This document shows, one piece after another, positions 9,547-19,094 of a DNA stretch of 64,000 nt (its first letter is position 1; each line of letters begins with the position of its first letter). The DNA comes from an uncultured Verrucomicrobiae bacterium (lineage in GTDB: Bacteria; Verrucomicrobiota; Verrucomicrobiia; Chthoniobacterales; UBA10450). The notes under the pieces are model-generated. The model searched no databases. It saw nothing but the letters and a program-made list of their open reading frames with translations, and was not told where the DNA came from. Position numbers and translations under genes: made by a program. The stretch is from positions 39,649-103,648 of the forward strand of contig CAVYJY010000008.1 of NCBI GenBank assembly GCA_963768965.1, given 5' to 3'.

Positions 9547-9918
9547 ATGGAAACGATACCACCTTCAGTTCCAGCCACTTCGGCCAACACCCGCACCTGG
9601 CTTGTCCTTTGTCACGCCAGCGCTTTGCTTGGACTTTTCTTTCACTTTCTCGGCCACATCCTCGGGCCGCTCATCGTCTGGATGGTGAAACGCCCGGAGT
9701 CGCCCGAGATCGACGCCCACGGCAAGGAGTCGCTCAACTTCCAGCTCTCGATGCTGATCTACGACGTCGTCGCGTTCATCCTCTGCTTTGTCCTGATCGG
9801 AATCCCGATCCTGTTTCTGCTTTGGATCCTGAACACCGTCTTCGTCATCATCGCCTCGATCAAAGCGAGTGAAGGCGAGTTGTATCGGTATCCGTTCACG
9901 ATCCGGTTCATCAAGTAG
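9547..9918 (+). CDS. DUF4870-like small membrane protein
   Basis: 123 aa with multiple TM helices. Conserved HGKESLNFQLS and C-terminal GELYRYPFTIRFI pattern. Confidence 0.7.
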   Translation: METIPPSVPATSANTRTWLVLCHASALLGLFFHFLGHILGPLIVWMVKRPESPEIDAHGKESLNFQLSMLIYDVVAFILCFVLIGIPILFLLWILNTVFVIIASIKASEGELYRYPFTIRFIK

Positions 9919-10497
9919 CTGCGCGAGGGCAGGCCGTTGTAGACGCCTCCCTCTGGGAGGCGCGGGCGTTGGGTCGAATACAGTTTCAATCTCCGAGCGA
10001 AGTGTTTTCCCCCGCGTTTCGCAGAGCGAAACGTCTACAGCCGCAGCGCGACGATTTCCCCGGCAGTAGGGCCAGGCGTCGGCGTCGCCGACCAACCCCG
10101 CGCGCACTGGGTTGGCGCGCACATAATCCCATTTCTGATCGTAGCTCTCGTCGCTCCGCAGGACGTGATCGAAAAACCCACGCTGCCAGATGGGATCTTC
10201 GGAATTCGTTTCCGGCAGTGCTTTTTCAAGAGTCCGTTTTAGGACACCAACCCACTTTCCGAGATTAAAATCCTGAGGCCCGGCCACAAAAAAATGCAGA
10301 TGATCCGGCATGATGACATAGCGGCCGACCGAAATACTGAAGTCGGTACAGGCGCGATCGGCGAAACCAACAAACGCGCTGTGAAACCGCTCGTTAGCCA
10401 GCCACGGGCGTTTGCGATAGGTGCAGCAGGTAACGAAAAAGACTGGTGCATCCGTAAAGATGCGATCGAGCCGTCGCGGAGGCCGGAAATATTTCAT
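9565..10497 (-). CDS. REP-associated tyrosine transposase (RAYT; IS200/IS605 TnpA-like Y1 HUH enzyme). Only about 10056-10497 looks genuine
   Basis: HUH motif IMPDHLHFFV, catalytic Tyr motif KWDYVRANPVRAGLV, N-terminal FFVTCCTYRKRPWL. Flanked on both sides by REPINs. The formal ORF has no stop until 9565 and runs through REPIN b, antisense to the DUF4870 gene. Confidence 0.8.
   Translation of the reverse strand: MKYFRPPRRLDRIFTDAPVFFVTCCTYRKRPWLANERFHSAFVGFADRACTDFSISVGRYVIMPDHLHFFVAGPQDFNLGKWVGVLKRTLEKALPETNSEDPIWQRGFFDHVLRSDESYDQKWDYVRANPVRAGLVGDADAWPYCRGNRRAAAVDVSLCETRGKTLRSEIETVFDPTPAPPRGRRLQRPALAQLLDEPDRERIPIQLAFTRFDRGDDDEDGVQDPKQKQDRDSDQDKAEDERDDVVDQHRELEVERLLAVGVDLGRLRAFHHPDDERPEDVAEKVKEKSKQSAGVTKDKPGAGVGRSGWN
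9938..10039. repeat. REPIN family 1, copy b (3' flank of the RAYT gene)
   Basis: TGTAGACGCCTCCCTCTGGGAGGCGCGGG ... CCCCGCGTTTCGCAGAGCGAAACGTCTACA. Confidence 0.85.
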
Positions 10498-10516
10498 CGC
10501 GGAATGTTTCGCGGGT

Positions 10517-10616
10517 TGTAGACGCCTCCCTCTGGGAGGCGCGGATGTGCGGGTTGAAGAGAGCTTATCACCCCGATCAAGCCCACCCCCGCGTTTCGCA
10601 GAGCGAAACGTCTACA
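10517..10616. repeat. REPIN family 1, copy c (5' flank of the RAYT gene)
   Basis: Same consensus arms as copy b. The terminal TGTAGA on the minus strand supplies the TAG stop of nfo. Confidence 0.85.
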
Positions 10617-11479
10617 GCGCAGAGAGCGTTGCCATGTTCTCGACGTCTTCGCGCAGCTCCTTCCCTTTCGGGGTCTCGAGGACTTTCGGGATTTTCTGAA
10701 AACGCCGGTCGCGCATGATGAAGCGAAACGCTTCCAGCCCGATCTGCCCTTTCCCGATGTGCTCGTGCCGGTCGACCCGCGAGCCGCGCGCGGTCTTCGA
10801 GTCGTTCAAATGCAAGGCGACGAGCTGCTCCAATCCGATCGTGCGCTCGAACTCGCGGAACATTTTCCGCGTCCCCGCCGCACTCGTTAGGTCATAACCG
10901 GCGGCGAAGACGTGCGCCGTGTCGAGGCAAACACAAAGCCGTTCCGGTTCGCGCACGTTGGCGATGATCGCGGCCAAATGTTCGAAGGTGTGCCCGAGAC
11001 ATGAGCCCTGCCCGGCCGTCGTCTCGAGCGCGATCCGCGTTTTCACTTTCGGGATCTCACGAAAGATTTGGTTGATCGATTTCACGACTTTTTCCAGCCC
11101 GGCATCCTCGCCCAAGCCGAGATGCGCCCCCGGATGCAGCACGAGAAACGGCAATCCAAGTTGGTCCGCCCGGGTCAATTCCTCGGACAAAGCGCGGATG
11201 GAATTCGCCAGGAACTGCGGATTGGTTGCGGAGAGATTGATCAAATAATTGGCGTGCGCGAACACCTCGGACAATTCCGCCCGCTGCGCGTGCTCGAGAA
11301 ACGCCTTGATTTCCTCCCGCTGCAAACGGCCGCGCGAACCACTGCATGTTGTTCTTCACGAAAATCTGCATCGCCGTGCATTCGATCGAGCGCGCCCGTT
11401 CAATCGCGCGATGCACCCCGCCGCCGATCGACATGTGCGCGCCTAACAAATGGCGCGCGGCTGATTTCTTCCCCGCCAT
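10612..11479 (-). pseudogene. nfo: Endonuclease IV (Nfo), interrupted by a 1-nt insertion
   Basis: The N-terminal ORF (MAGKK..LGAHMSIGGG..QIFVKNNMQWFARP) and the C-terminal ORF (QREEIKAFLEH..LHPGAH..ETTAGQG..LDTAHVFAAGYD..LNDSK..DRHEHIGKG) together give a colinear Endo IV. The frames join if one T is removed from sense CCGTTTGCAG (plus-strand AAA 11324-11326). Confidence 0.85.
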
Positions 11480-13869
11480 CAGAAGCGTTTCGGGCGCCAG
11501 ATCGGTTTCGTGAGGGTGCCGCCCCCGTGATACTCGAAGAGCTGGTAGAGCGGCGTCAGGAGCGCGCCCGGCCCGGTGGCGTCAATCCGGATGTCGAAGT
11601 CGAGTTTGTTCTGGAGAAAATCGACGTCGCCGTGACCGACCATGGCGAAAAGCTTCCCCGAGACGCGCAGCTTGTCGGTGTGAATCACGCCCTCCTTGAT
11701 CGAAAAAGGCGCGCTCGCTTCGTGCGCCACGCTGTAGCCGGCGCCGGCGAACATCTTGCTCACCAGCTCGGAGAGCGGGCCGAAAATCGGAATCGCGAAG
11801 ACGTTGCCATCCGTCACCTTGACCGAGCCGGTGCCCTTGAGAAAACGGGCGTCGCTTCCCACACCGGTGAAATCAAATCGCCCGCTCAGGTCGCCCTCCG
11901 AAGTTTTGTATTTGAAATAGAGATCGGTCAGGGTCGGAAAGTCAGCGCCTTCGACCTCGAGCTTCGCGCTGTAGTGGCGATCGTTTTTGGCTAACGAGAT
12001 ATCGGCACCGCCCGCCACGTCCCCGGAAAATAGTTTTCCCTTCAAGCCGAGGATCTGGAGCCGGTCGTCGGTGAAGAGCAACTGGCCGGCGATCCGATCG
12101 AAAGGCAGAACCTTGTCGAGAAAGGTGTAATCCATCCCGCTCGGAGCATCGACGTCGATCTGGAGATGGGTCTGCTTGCCCGGGCCGAACTGGACGACGC
12201 CGTTCGCCTTCACGTGGGGGGTGCGATGAAAACGATAGGGCACGACGTGTTCCCAGAAACGGGGCTCGATCCACATGATGGCGTCGGACGGTTTCAGGGT
12301 CGTCTCCACGTTCGTGAGGCGGATTTCGCGCTTGGCGGCGTCGTAGGCGACGGAACCGGTCCCGGTCCCTTCTTCGCGGGTGACGCGGAAATCTTCGACC
12401 GCGACGATGCCGTCGCCGAAACGCAGGCTGGCGTTGGCACTGTTCATCCAAATCCCGCGAAAGCGGGTGCGCCCGAGGGCGAGCGTGCCCTCGCCGCGCC
12501 AAGACTTCGGATCGCGGCTCGTGCCGCGCAGGCTGAGATGGATGTTGGGCGAGCGTTGCCAGCCCCACGCACGCAGGAAGGGGCGGCTCTTCTCCGGGAG
12601 GAGCGGCTCGAAGGCGGACGGGACGAGCGTGCTGTCGAGGTTCAAGCGGAAGTCGTTAGGGGCGTCGAAGAGGTCGGCGGTGAGCTGCCCGCTGCGATGG
12701 CGCAGGCGAACGTCGCGGAGCATGGTGCGGTCGCCGTCCCAGGCGAAATCGCCGGTCGCGCCCTCGAAGTCGATCGCGTGCCAGGAAAATTTCTCGACCG
12801 CCCATTTGCCTACGACCTCGAATTTTTTCTCGGGCGCGCCGATGGTGGCAAAGCCCGAAGCCTCAATCTGCGGCGGCGAATGAAAATGCGCCTTCTCCAA
12901 CATCGCACCCAGGCCAAAACTGCCTAACAATGACTTGAGCGCGACGCTGCTCCGCAACTGGAAATCGGCCCGGCCGTTGGCTCGGCTCCAGCTCGCGCTC
13001 CCGGCAAAACTGCCGGTCGCGTCGCTCCACTCCAGCCGCGGGATGGTGCCGGTGTGGTCCTTCCATTCCGCCGCGAGGTAAAAATTTTTCGCCTCGTAAT
13101 CGTCGCGCACAATCCGGGCGCCCCGGAGTGTGGCCTCGACGTGTGCGTCCTCCAGCCGGGAGAGGTCGCCGGAAAACTTGACCTGCAATTCCGGCGCGGT
13201 CGCGGGGTGGCGAAAACCCTGCAGGAGCGTGACGAGATTCTGCAGGAGACGCAACCGCTGAGCCACTTCCTCGGCGGAGCCGGCCGACGGCTGGAAGTCT
13301 TCGCGCTTGATCAACTGTCCGCTGGCCGAAATGCGGACCCCGCAGAAAACCCCCTCTGCCTGGCTGACCTCGATTCGTTCCGGCGGAAAATAAATGTGCG
13401 CCCGGAAATGTTTGAGCTCGGCATTCGACACCTTCCCCGCGACCGGTGGAAGCGGGATGGTGAGATCGCCGTTGCGGATATCGAGCGCGTTGAGGAACGG
13501 CTGGCGATGGAAAAGCGCGGCGTAATTGATATCGAGCGAAATTTCGCTCACCAGGGCGAGGGTTTTTTCCCGCTTTTTATAATCGTAGATCCGGACGTCG
13601 CGCGCGATTAGGCCGCGGAAAGGATCGAGCGTGAGCCGGCGGACGGAAGCCTCGACGCCGCGCTTGTGCAGTTCTTCGACGACGATGTTGCGCCAGTTGC
13701 GGCTGAAGCCTTTTTTCGCGAGATACCAGCCGCCGGCCGCCATGCCGCCGAGGACCAGGATGATCGTTAGGCGAACGAGGTTGTAGAGGAGCCGAACCCG
13801 GGCCGGGCGGCGCAGCCGCCCGCGATGCAGCCGCGGCCTGAGCGGCGGCTGGTCGAGGGTGGAAGGCAT
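11479..13869 (-). CDS. AsmA-like envelope protein (N-terminal TM anchor, AsmA_2-type C-terminal region)
   Basis: 796-aa ORF with a single N-terminal TM helix and a long beta-rich body. C-terminal pattern GSVKVTDGNVFAIPIFGPL...GGTLTKPIWRP is typical of the AsmA/TamB-like family. Confidence 0.6.
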   Translation of the reverse strand: MPSTLDQPPLRPRLHRGRLRRPARVRLLYNLVRLTIILVLGGMAAGGWYLAKKGFSRNWRNIVVEELHKRGVEASVRRLTLDPFRGLIARDVRIYDYKKREKTLALVSEISLDINYAALFHRQPFLNALDIRNGDLTIPLPPVAGKVSNAELKHFRAHIYFPPERIEVSQAEGVFCGVRISASGQLIKREDFQPSAGSAEEVAQRLRLLQNLVTLLQGFRHPATAPELQVKFSGDLSRLEDAHVEATLRGARIVRDDYEAKNFYLAAEWKDHTGTIPRLEWSDATGSFAGSASWSRANGRADFQLRSSVALKSLLGSFGLGAMLEKAHFHSPPQIEASGFATIGAPEKKFEVVGKWAVEKFSWHAIDFEGATGDFAWDGDRTMLRDVRLRHRSGQLTADLFDAPNDFRLNLDSTLVPSAFEPLLPEKSRPFLRAWGWQRSPNIHLSLRGTSRDPKSWRGEGTLALGRTRFRGIWMNSANASLRFGDGIVAVEDFRVTREEGTGTGSVAYDAAKREIRLTNVETTLKPSDAIMWIEPRFWEHVVPYRFHRTPHVKANGVVQFGPGKQTHLQIDVDAPSGMDYTFLDKVLPFDRIAGQLLFTDDRLQILGLKGKLFSGDVAGGADISLAKNDRHYSAKLEVEGADFPTLTDLYFKYKTSEGDLSGRFDFTGVGSDARFLKGTGSVKVTDGNVFAIPIFGPLSELVSKMFAGAGYSVAHEASAPFSIKEGVIHTDKLRVSGKLFAMVGHGDVDFLQNKLDFDIRIDATGPGALLTPLYQLFEYHGGGTLTKPIWRPKRF

Positions 13870-13914
13870 GGGGATTTCTACGGGGTGGGGGCGTTATTTC
13901 AAGCGGGAGCCGGC

Positions 13915-14346
<432 letters not shown>

Positions 14347-14384
14347 CTTGCGCACTATTTCGGAATAGAGTCCCGATTCGCAAA

Positions 14385-14828
14385 ATGAGCATCTCGGATC
14401 TGCCGGCGATAAACGCCTCTTTCAACGCCATCAGCACGGTTTTCATCTCGTTAGGCTGGTGGTTCATCCGGCGCGGCTTCTGGCGCCAGCACATCGCCTG
14501 CATGGTCACGGCGCTGGTTTCCTCCGTCTTTTTTCTCGTCGGCTATCTCGTTTATCATGCCTACGTCGGCGAGAAATCCTCCGGCTACACCGGGCTGATC
14601 GCGTGGTTCTATTTCCCCCTGCTCATCTCCCATGTCCTCCTCGCCTTTGCCACGCTCCCGCTCGTCATCCTGACCCTGATCCCGGTCTTCCGGCGGCGCT
14701 GGGATAAACACCGGCGGATTGCGAAATGGACGATGCCGATCTGGCTTTACGTCTCGGTCACCGGGGTGCTGGTTTATTTCATCCTCTACCAATGGTTCCC
14801 ACCCGCCAGTCTTGCGCTCGGGCGCTAG
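14385..14828 (+). CDS. DUF420-like four-TM membrane protein
   Basis: MSISDLPAINASFNAISTVF start and four predicted TM helices with conserved His residues. The ATG at 14385 was chosen because the upstream part of the track ORF is microsatellite/REP sequence. Confidence 0.65.
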   Translation: MSISDLPAINASFNAISTVFISLGWWFIRRGFWRQHIACMVTALVSSVFFLVGYLVYHAYVGEKSSGYTGLIAWFYFPLLISHVLLAFATLPLVILTLIPVFRRRWDKHRRIAKWTMPIWLYVSVTGVLVYFILYQWFPPASLALGR

Positions 14829-14869
14829 TTGATGTTTGATCAGGCACGCCCAACGAACCTGGGCAAATT

Positions 14870-15328
14870 ATGGTGACGATCGCGACCTACAACGAGCCGG
14901 CAAAGGCGAAACGATTAAAGGAGAAGTTTCAGGCAGCCGGGGTGAAGGCCGATCTGCATAATGAAGCCAACCTGCAAACCTTCGCCTTCATGTCGAAACC
15001 GCAGGCCAACGCCAAGGTGATGGTCGAGGAAGCCGATTTTCCACGTGCCCAGGCCCTGATGGTGGAATGGGAAGCGGCCGATCCCGACATCGGCGCGATC
15101 CGTTGCCCGCAGTGCAATTCGCCGCGGATCGAATATCCGCAGCTGACCCGCAAATTCCTCACCCCGGCGCTGGCCGGAATTCTTTTCGCGATCAAAATGT
15201 TTCCAAAGGAATTTTATTGTCAGGATTGCCATTTCACCTGGACGAATGAGCCGGAACAGCCGCGCTATCGGATTTGGAACCGCTTTTTTTCGGGGCCGGA
15301 AAGCGAAGGTTCACAGGATCGCGGTTAA
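14870..15328 (+). CDS. DUF2007-like domain protein with C-terminal CxxC...CxxC zinc-ribbon and one TM segment
   Basis: 152-aa ORF. N-terminal beta-alpha-beta pattern (VTIATYNEPAKAKRLKEKFQAAGVKADL), then CPQC...CQDC. Confidence 0.5.
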   Translation: MVTIATYNEPAKAKRLKEKFQAAGVKADLHNEANLQTFAFMSKPQANAKVMVEEADFPRAQALMVEWEAADPDIGAIRCPQCNSPRIEYPQLTRKFLTPALAGILFAIKMFPKEFYCQDCHFTWTNEPEQPRYRIWNRFFSGPESEGSQDRG

Positions 15329-15391
15329 TCGCCTAACGACCCCCGATTCCGCGGCCGTCCGGGTCGCGAGAAGCTGCGCTTCGCTCGAACG

Positions 15392-16231
15392 ATGAAATGG
15401 TTGTTCGCTTTTCTCCTCGCCGTTTTGATTTTCGGCGGAGCCGCGCTCTTTAGTTACAAGATCTTCATCCGCCCGGAACTGGTCATGCGCGCCGAGCGCA
15501 CATCGGTCGCCACCCCGGTCCCGACCCCGGACATCAGCCTGCCGGAATTCAAGGCCGCGGCGAAACTAAAGAACGAAGGCAAGCTGACCGAGGCGCGCGC
15601 GGCGCTGACTGCGTTCATTCAAAAATATCCGAGCGGTCTGCACGTCGGCGAAGCGCAGGATCTGCTCGGCGAGGTCAACGTCCGCATCCTTCTCTCCGAT
15701 TACCCGGCGCCGGAAAAAGAGGAATACACCGTCCGCAGCGGTGACGTCCTGGCCCGAATCGCGAGCAAGTTCAAGTCGACCCCGGAGCTGATCATGCGGA
15801 CCAACAACCTGAGCGGCACGATGCTCCGGATCGGTCAGAAATTGCGCATCTCGCACCCGGAATTTTCCATTCTCCTCCAGCGCAACGCCAAGCTCCTTTA
15901 CCTGCTCGATCGCGACCATTTCTTTAAGCGCTATCGGATCCTGAGCGAAAAACTGCCCGGCAAACCGTCGGCCAAAATCAACACCCGGGTGGCGGAAATC
16001 ATGGCTTGGAAAAATGGCAAACGGGTCGGGCTGGCCAGTCCAGAGTTTCTCAACAGCACGCGCTGGGTCCGGCTCGCCACTCCCGGTTTTGTGATTTATT
16101 CCGAACCGGATGATGCCCATCCCATCCTCGACGTGCCGCCCCCGGGCGAAGGCTTCGGGATGGCAGCCTCCGACGTGGAAGAGTTGAGCAGCCTTGTAAA
16201 CACGAAAACGGCTGTCACGATTGTGCAGTGA
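15392..16231 (+). CDS. LysM domain-containing periplasmic protein
   Basis: N-terminal TM/signal segment. LysM motif YTVRSGDVLARIASKFKSTPELIMRTNNLSGTMLRIGQKLRI. Confidence 0.7.
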   Translation: MKWLFAFLLAVLIFGGAALFSYKIFIRPELVMRAERTSVATPVPTPDISLPEFKAAAKLKNEGKLTEARAALTAFIQKYPSGLHVGEAQDLLGEVNVRILLSDYPAPEKEEYTVRSGDVLARIASKFKSTPELIMRTNNLSGTMLRIGQKLRISHPEFSILLQRNAKLLYLLDRDHFFKRYRILSEKLPGKPSAKINTRVAEIMAWKNGKRVGLASPEFLNSTRWVRLATPGFVIYSEPDDAHPILDVPPPGEGFGMAASDVEELSSLVNTKTAVTIVQ

Positions 16232-16233
16232 AA

Positions 16234-16278
16234 CGGAAATCGTCATACCTTCGGTGAACGATTCCGGTTTTAAATTTT
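16234..16278 (+). terminator. Putative intrinsic terminator after the LysM gene
   Basis: Stem CGGAAATCGT/ACGATTCCG (one bulge), 14-nt loop, followed by GTTTTAAATTTT. Ends 3 nt before the accA ATG. Confidence 0.45.
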
Positions 16279-16281
16279 GCC

Positions 16282-17259
16282 ATGGATTCGCAACCGCTCG
16301 ATTTTGAAAAGCCGATCTTTGAGCTGCAGCGCCGGCTTCAGGAGCTAAAGTCGCATTCCGACAAGCACTCGATCGATTTTGATTCCGAAGTGGAATCGAT
16401 GGAGCTCAAGATCCGCGAAACCCGCCGGATGATTTACGATAACCTCACCGCCTGGCAGCGGGTCCAGATCGCGCGCCATGTGCAGCGACCGTTCGCGCTC
16501 GACTACATCGGCCGCTGTTTCACCGAATGGATCGAGCTCCATGGCGACCGCGTCTTCGGCGACGACAAGGCCATGCCCTGCGGCCTGGCCAAACTCGGGC
16601 AGCAGCGCTGCGTCGTCGTCACCCAACAAAAAGGCCGCGACACGAAGGAAAACGTGAAACGCAACTTCGGCTGCGCCTACCCGGAAGGTTATCGCAAGGC
16701 GCTGCGCATCATGCGGCTCGGGGAAAAATTTCAGCTCCCGGTGATCGCGCTCATCGACACGCCCGGCGCCTATCCCGGCATCGGCTCGGAGGAACGCCAC
16801 ATCGCCGAGGCGATCGCGGTCAACCTGCGCGAAATGATGATTCTGCGCGTCCCGATCATTGCCTGCGTCATCGGCGAAGGCGGCTCCGGCGGCGCGCTCG
16901 GGATCGGCGTGGCCGACCGCGTCCTCATCCTCGAGAACGCCTATTATTCCGTCATCAGCCCGGAAGCCTGTTCCGCCATTTTGTGGAAAGATCGCAAGCA
17001 CGCGCCGGAAGCGGCCGAGGCGCTCAAGCTCACTTCACACGACCTGGTGAAACTCGGCGTGGTCGACGAGATCGTGTCGGAGCCCGAAGGCGGCGCGCAT
17101 CGCGATCACGACCTGGCCGCGGCCAATCTCGGCGCGGCGCTGCGGCGGAACTTGAAACGCGCCCTCGAAACGCCGATCGACGAATTGCTGAAGGAGCGCT
17201 ACGCGAAATTCCGCAAGCTCGGCAACTTCGCCGAGCCGAAAGTCAAAAACGGCGCCTAA
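16282..17259 (+). CDS. accA: Acetyl-CoA carboxylase carboxyltransferase subunit alpha
   Basis: 325 aa with the canonical AccA sequence (LDFEKPI.EL...TPGAYPG.GSEERHIAEAIA...IGEGGSGGALG). The stop TAA lies inside a GCCTAACG word. Confidence 0.95.
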   Translation: MDSQPLDFEKPIFELQRRLQELKSHSDKHSIDFDSEVESMELKIRETRRMIYDNLTAWQRVQIARHVQRPFALDYIGRCFTEWIELHGDRVFGDDKAMPCGLAKLGQQRCVVVTQQKGRDTKENVKRNFGCAYPEGYRKALRIMRLGEKFQLPVIALIDTPGAYPGIGSEERHIAEAIAVNLREMMILRVPIIACVIGEGGSGGALGIGVADRVLILENAYYSVISPEACSAILWKDRKHAPEAAEALKLTSHDLVKLGVVDEIVSEPEGGAHRDHDLAAANLGAALRRNLKRALETPIDELLKERYAKFRKLGNFAEPKVKNGA

Positions 17260-17280
17260 CGCCCGACGCCGGGCTCTGAT

Positions 17281-17362
17281 TGTAGACGTCTCCCTCTGGG
17301 AGGCGCGGGAGTGGTCCGGCTCCCATCCTCACCCCCGCGCTTCGCAGAGCGAAGCGTCTACA
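17281..17362. repeat. REPIN family 1, copy d
   Basis: TGTAGACGTCTCCCTCTGGGAGGCGCGGG ... CCCCGCGCTTCGCAGAGCGAAGCGTCTACA. Confidence 0.85.
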
Positions 17363-17372
17363 AGCGAGCCGC

Positions 17373-18233
17373 CTAACGACTTGCCTTCTCGAGCACGCGC
17401 GGCTTCGGCGGCCGTTCCTTCATCCCCGGCGGGAGCGGCGGATACAAATAACGCAGTACCGCCTCGAACCGCGCCGCCCACGCGCCTTCGCTGTGATCGC
17501 CCCCCTCCACTTCGGCATAATGCAGGTCGTCATCCACCCGCCAGCCGTGCTCAACCAACCGGTCGCGCAGATCGCGCGCCCGTTCCCAGCCCGGCTCGTT
17601 CGTGCCGGTATCGAGCCAGATCTTGAGCGGCGGCTTCTCCTTCAGCTTGTCGAGCATGCGGTAGATGACGCAATCGTCCCACCAAACTGAGGGCGACATC
17701 ACGGCGAGCCGGTTAAAAGTTTCGGGAAACCAAAGCCCGAGCGAGAGAGCAGCCAGCCCGCCTAACGACGAACCGCCCAGGCCGGTGAACTCCGCTTCCG
17801 GCCGCGTCCGGTACTCGCGATCGATAAACGGCTTGAGTTCGTCGCGCAGGAAACTGCCGTATTTTCGCAACAGCCCGCGGCTGCGTTTCTTCCGCGGGGC
17901 GTTGGAGTCGATCACGCCGCGGCTGGGCGCATACTCGTGGATCCGGTGGTCGCCCGTGTTCGCGACCGCGACGATGATGAGCGGCTCGATCAGGCGCTTC
18001 TTCGTCAGGCGCTCGGCCGATTCATCCGCGCCCCATTCCACCCCGGCAAACGAAGTCGCGGCATCGAAAACGTTCTGCCCGTCCTGCAGATACAGGACCG
18101 GGTAGCGCCGGCGGCGCGAGCGCTGGTAGCCGGGCGGGAGGTAGACCTGCACGTCGCGCTTGTTCCGCAGGAGGCGCGACTCGAACTGCGGATGCTGCTG
18201 GATGTTGCCGGTTAAAGTGTGATTTTCGTCCAT
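17373..18233 (-). CDS. Esterase-family alpha/beta hydrolase (esterase D / enterochelin-esterase-like)
   Basis: 286 aa. YPVLYLQDGQNVF and nucleophile elbow GGSSLGGL. Confidence 0.75.
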   Translation of the reverse strand: MDENHTLTGNIQQHPQFESRLLRNKRDVQVYLPPGYQRSRRRRYPVLYLQDGQNVFDAATSFAGVEWGADESAERLTKKRLIEPLIIVAVANTGDHRIHEYAPSRGVIDSNAPRKKRSRGLLRKYGSFLRDELKPFIDREYRTRPEAEFTGLGGSSLGGLAALSLGLWFPETFNRLAVMSPSVWWDDCVIYRMLDKLKEKPPLKIWLDTGTNEPGWERARDLRDRLVEHGWRVDDDLHYAEVEGGDHSEGAWAARFEAVLRYLYPPLPPGMKERPPKPRVLEKASR

Positions 18234-18350
18234 CGAAGCCGATTGTTATCGGCGAGGAGAATCGTCTGCGCAAACGCCGCAGGTCGTTCCAAAGTCGCGG
18301 AAAATTATCATCGCCAACCGCCCTACCCTCGCTTTTATTCGCCCTCGCGC

Positions 18351-19061
18351 ATGAACGAACGTTATCTCCGCTGGTATACCCCCCATCTCAGCCGCGATTT
18401 CGAGATGCTCGTCTTCGGCAACGGCGGCGGCCTGCCGCTCGTTCTCTTTCCGACCTCGTTCGGCAACTTCCGCCAGTGCAAGGATTTCAACCTCGTCGAT
18501 GCCTGCGCCCATTTCATCGACAACGGCCAGGTCACGATTTATTGCCCCGACGCGATCGATCTCGAAAGCTTCTACAACAAGTCGATTCACCCGGCCGACC
18601 GGATGCGGACCCATAACGCCTACGAGAACGTCATCGTCCACGACGTGATGGATTTCGCCCGGCGCGAGGCGAACTGCCATCGGGTCGCGGTCTGCGGCGC
18701 CAGTCTGGGCGCTTATCACGCCGGAAATATCGCGTTCCGGCATCCCGATCTCGTGAGCCATTTCATCAGCCTGAGCGGGTCGTTCGACCTCAGCGATTTT
18801 TTCGACGGCTACCACGACGAGAACATATATTTCAACAGCCCCTACCAGTATCTTCCGAACATGCCCGATACCTGGAAGTTCAATCACATGGGGATCATCA
18901 TCGGCACGGGCGAGTGGGATAACACCCGGCACGAAAGCCTCCGCCTGAGCGGGCTCCTGAACGAAAAGGGGATCCAGCATTGGTTCGACGACCGCAAATG
19001 GTGCGGCCATGATTGGAATTACTGGCGCGACATGTTGCCCTATTATCTTTCCAAGCTTTAG
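18351..19061 (+). CDS. Esterase-family alpha/beta hydrolase (second, divergent member)
   Basis: MNERYLRWYTPHLSRDFEMLVFG start and nucleophile elbow CGASLGAYHA. The ATG at 18351 was chosen inside the longer track ORF. Confidence 0.7.
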   Translation: MNERYLRWYTPHLSRDFEMLVFGNGGGLPLVLFPTSFGNFRQCKDFNLVDACAHFIDNGQVTIYCPDAIDLESFYNKSIHPADRMRTHNAYENVIVHDVMDFARREANCHRVAVCGASLGAYHAGNIAFRHPDLVSHFISLSGSFDLSDFFDGYHDENIYFNSPYQYLPNMPDTWKFNHMGIIIGTGEWDNTRHESLRLSGLLNEKGIQHWFDDRKWCGHDWNYWRDMLPYYLSKL

Positions 19062-19094
19062 CTCCGTTCACCCCGCAGCCCACAAACCACACTT

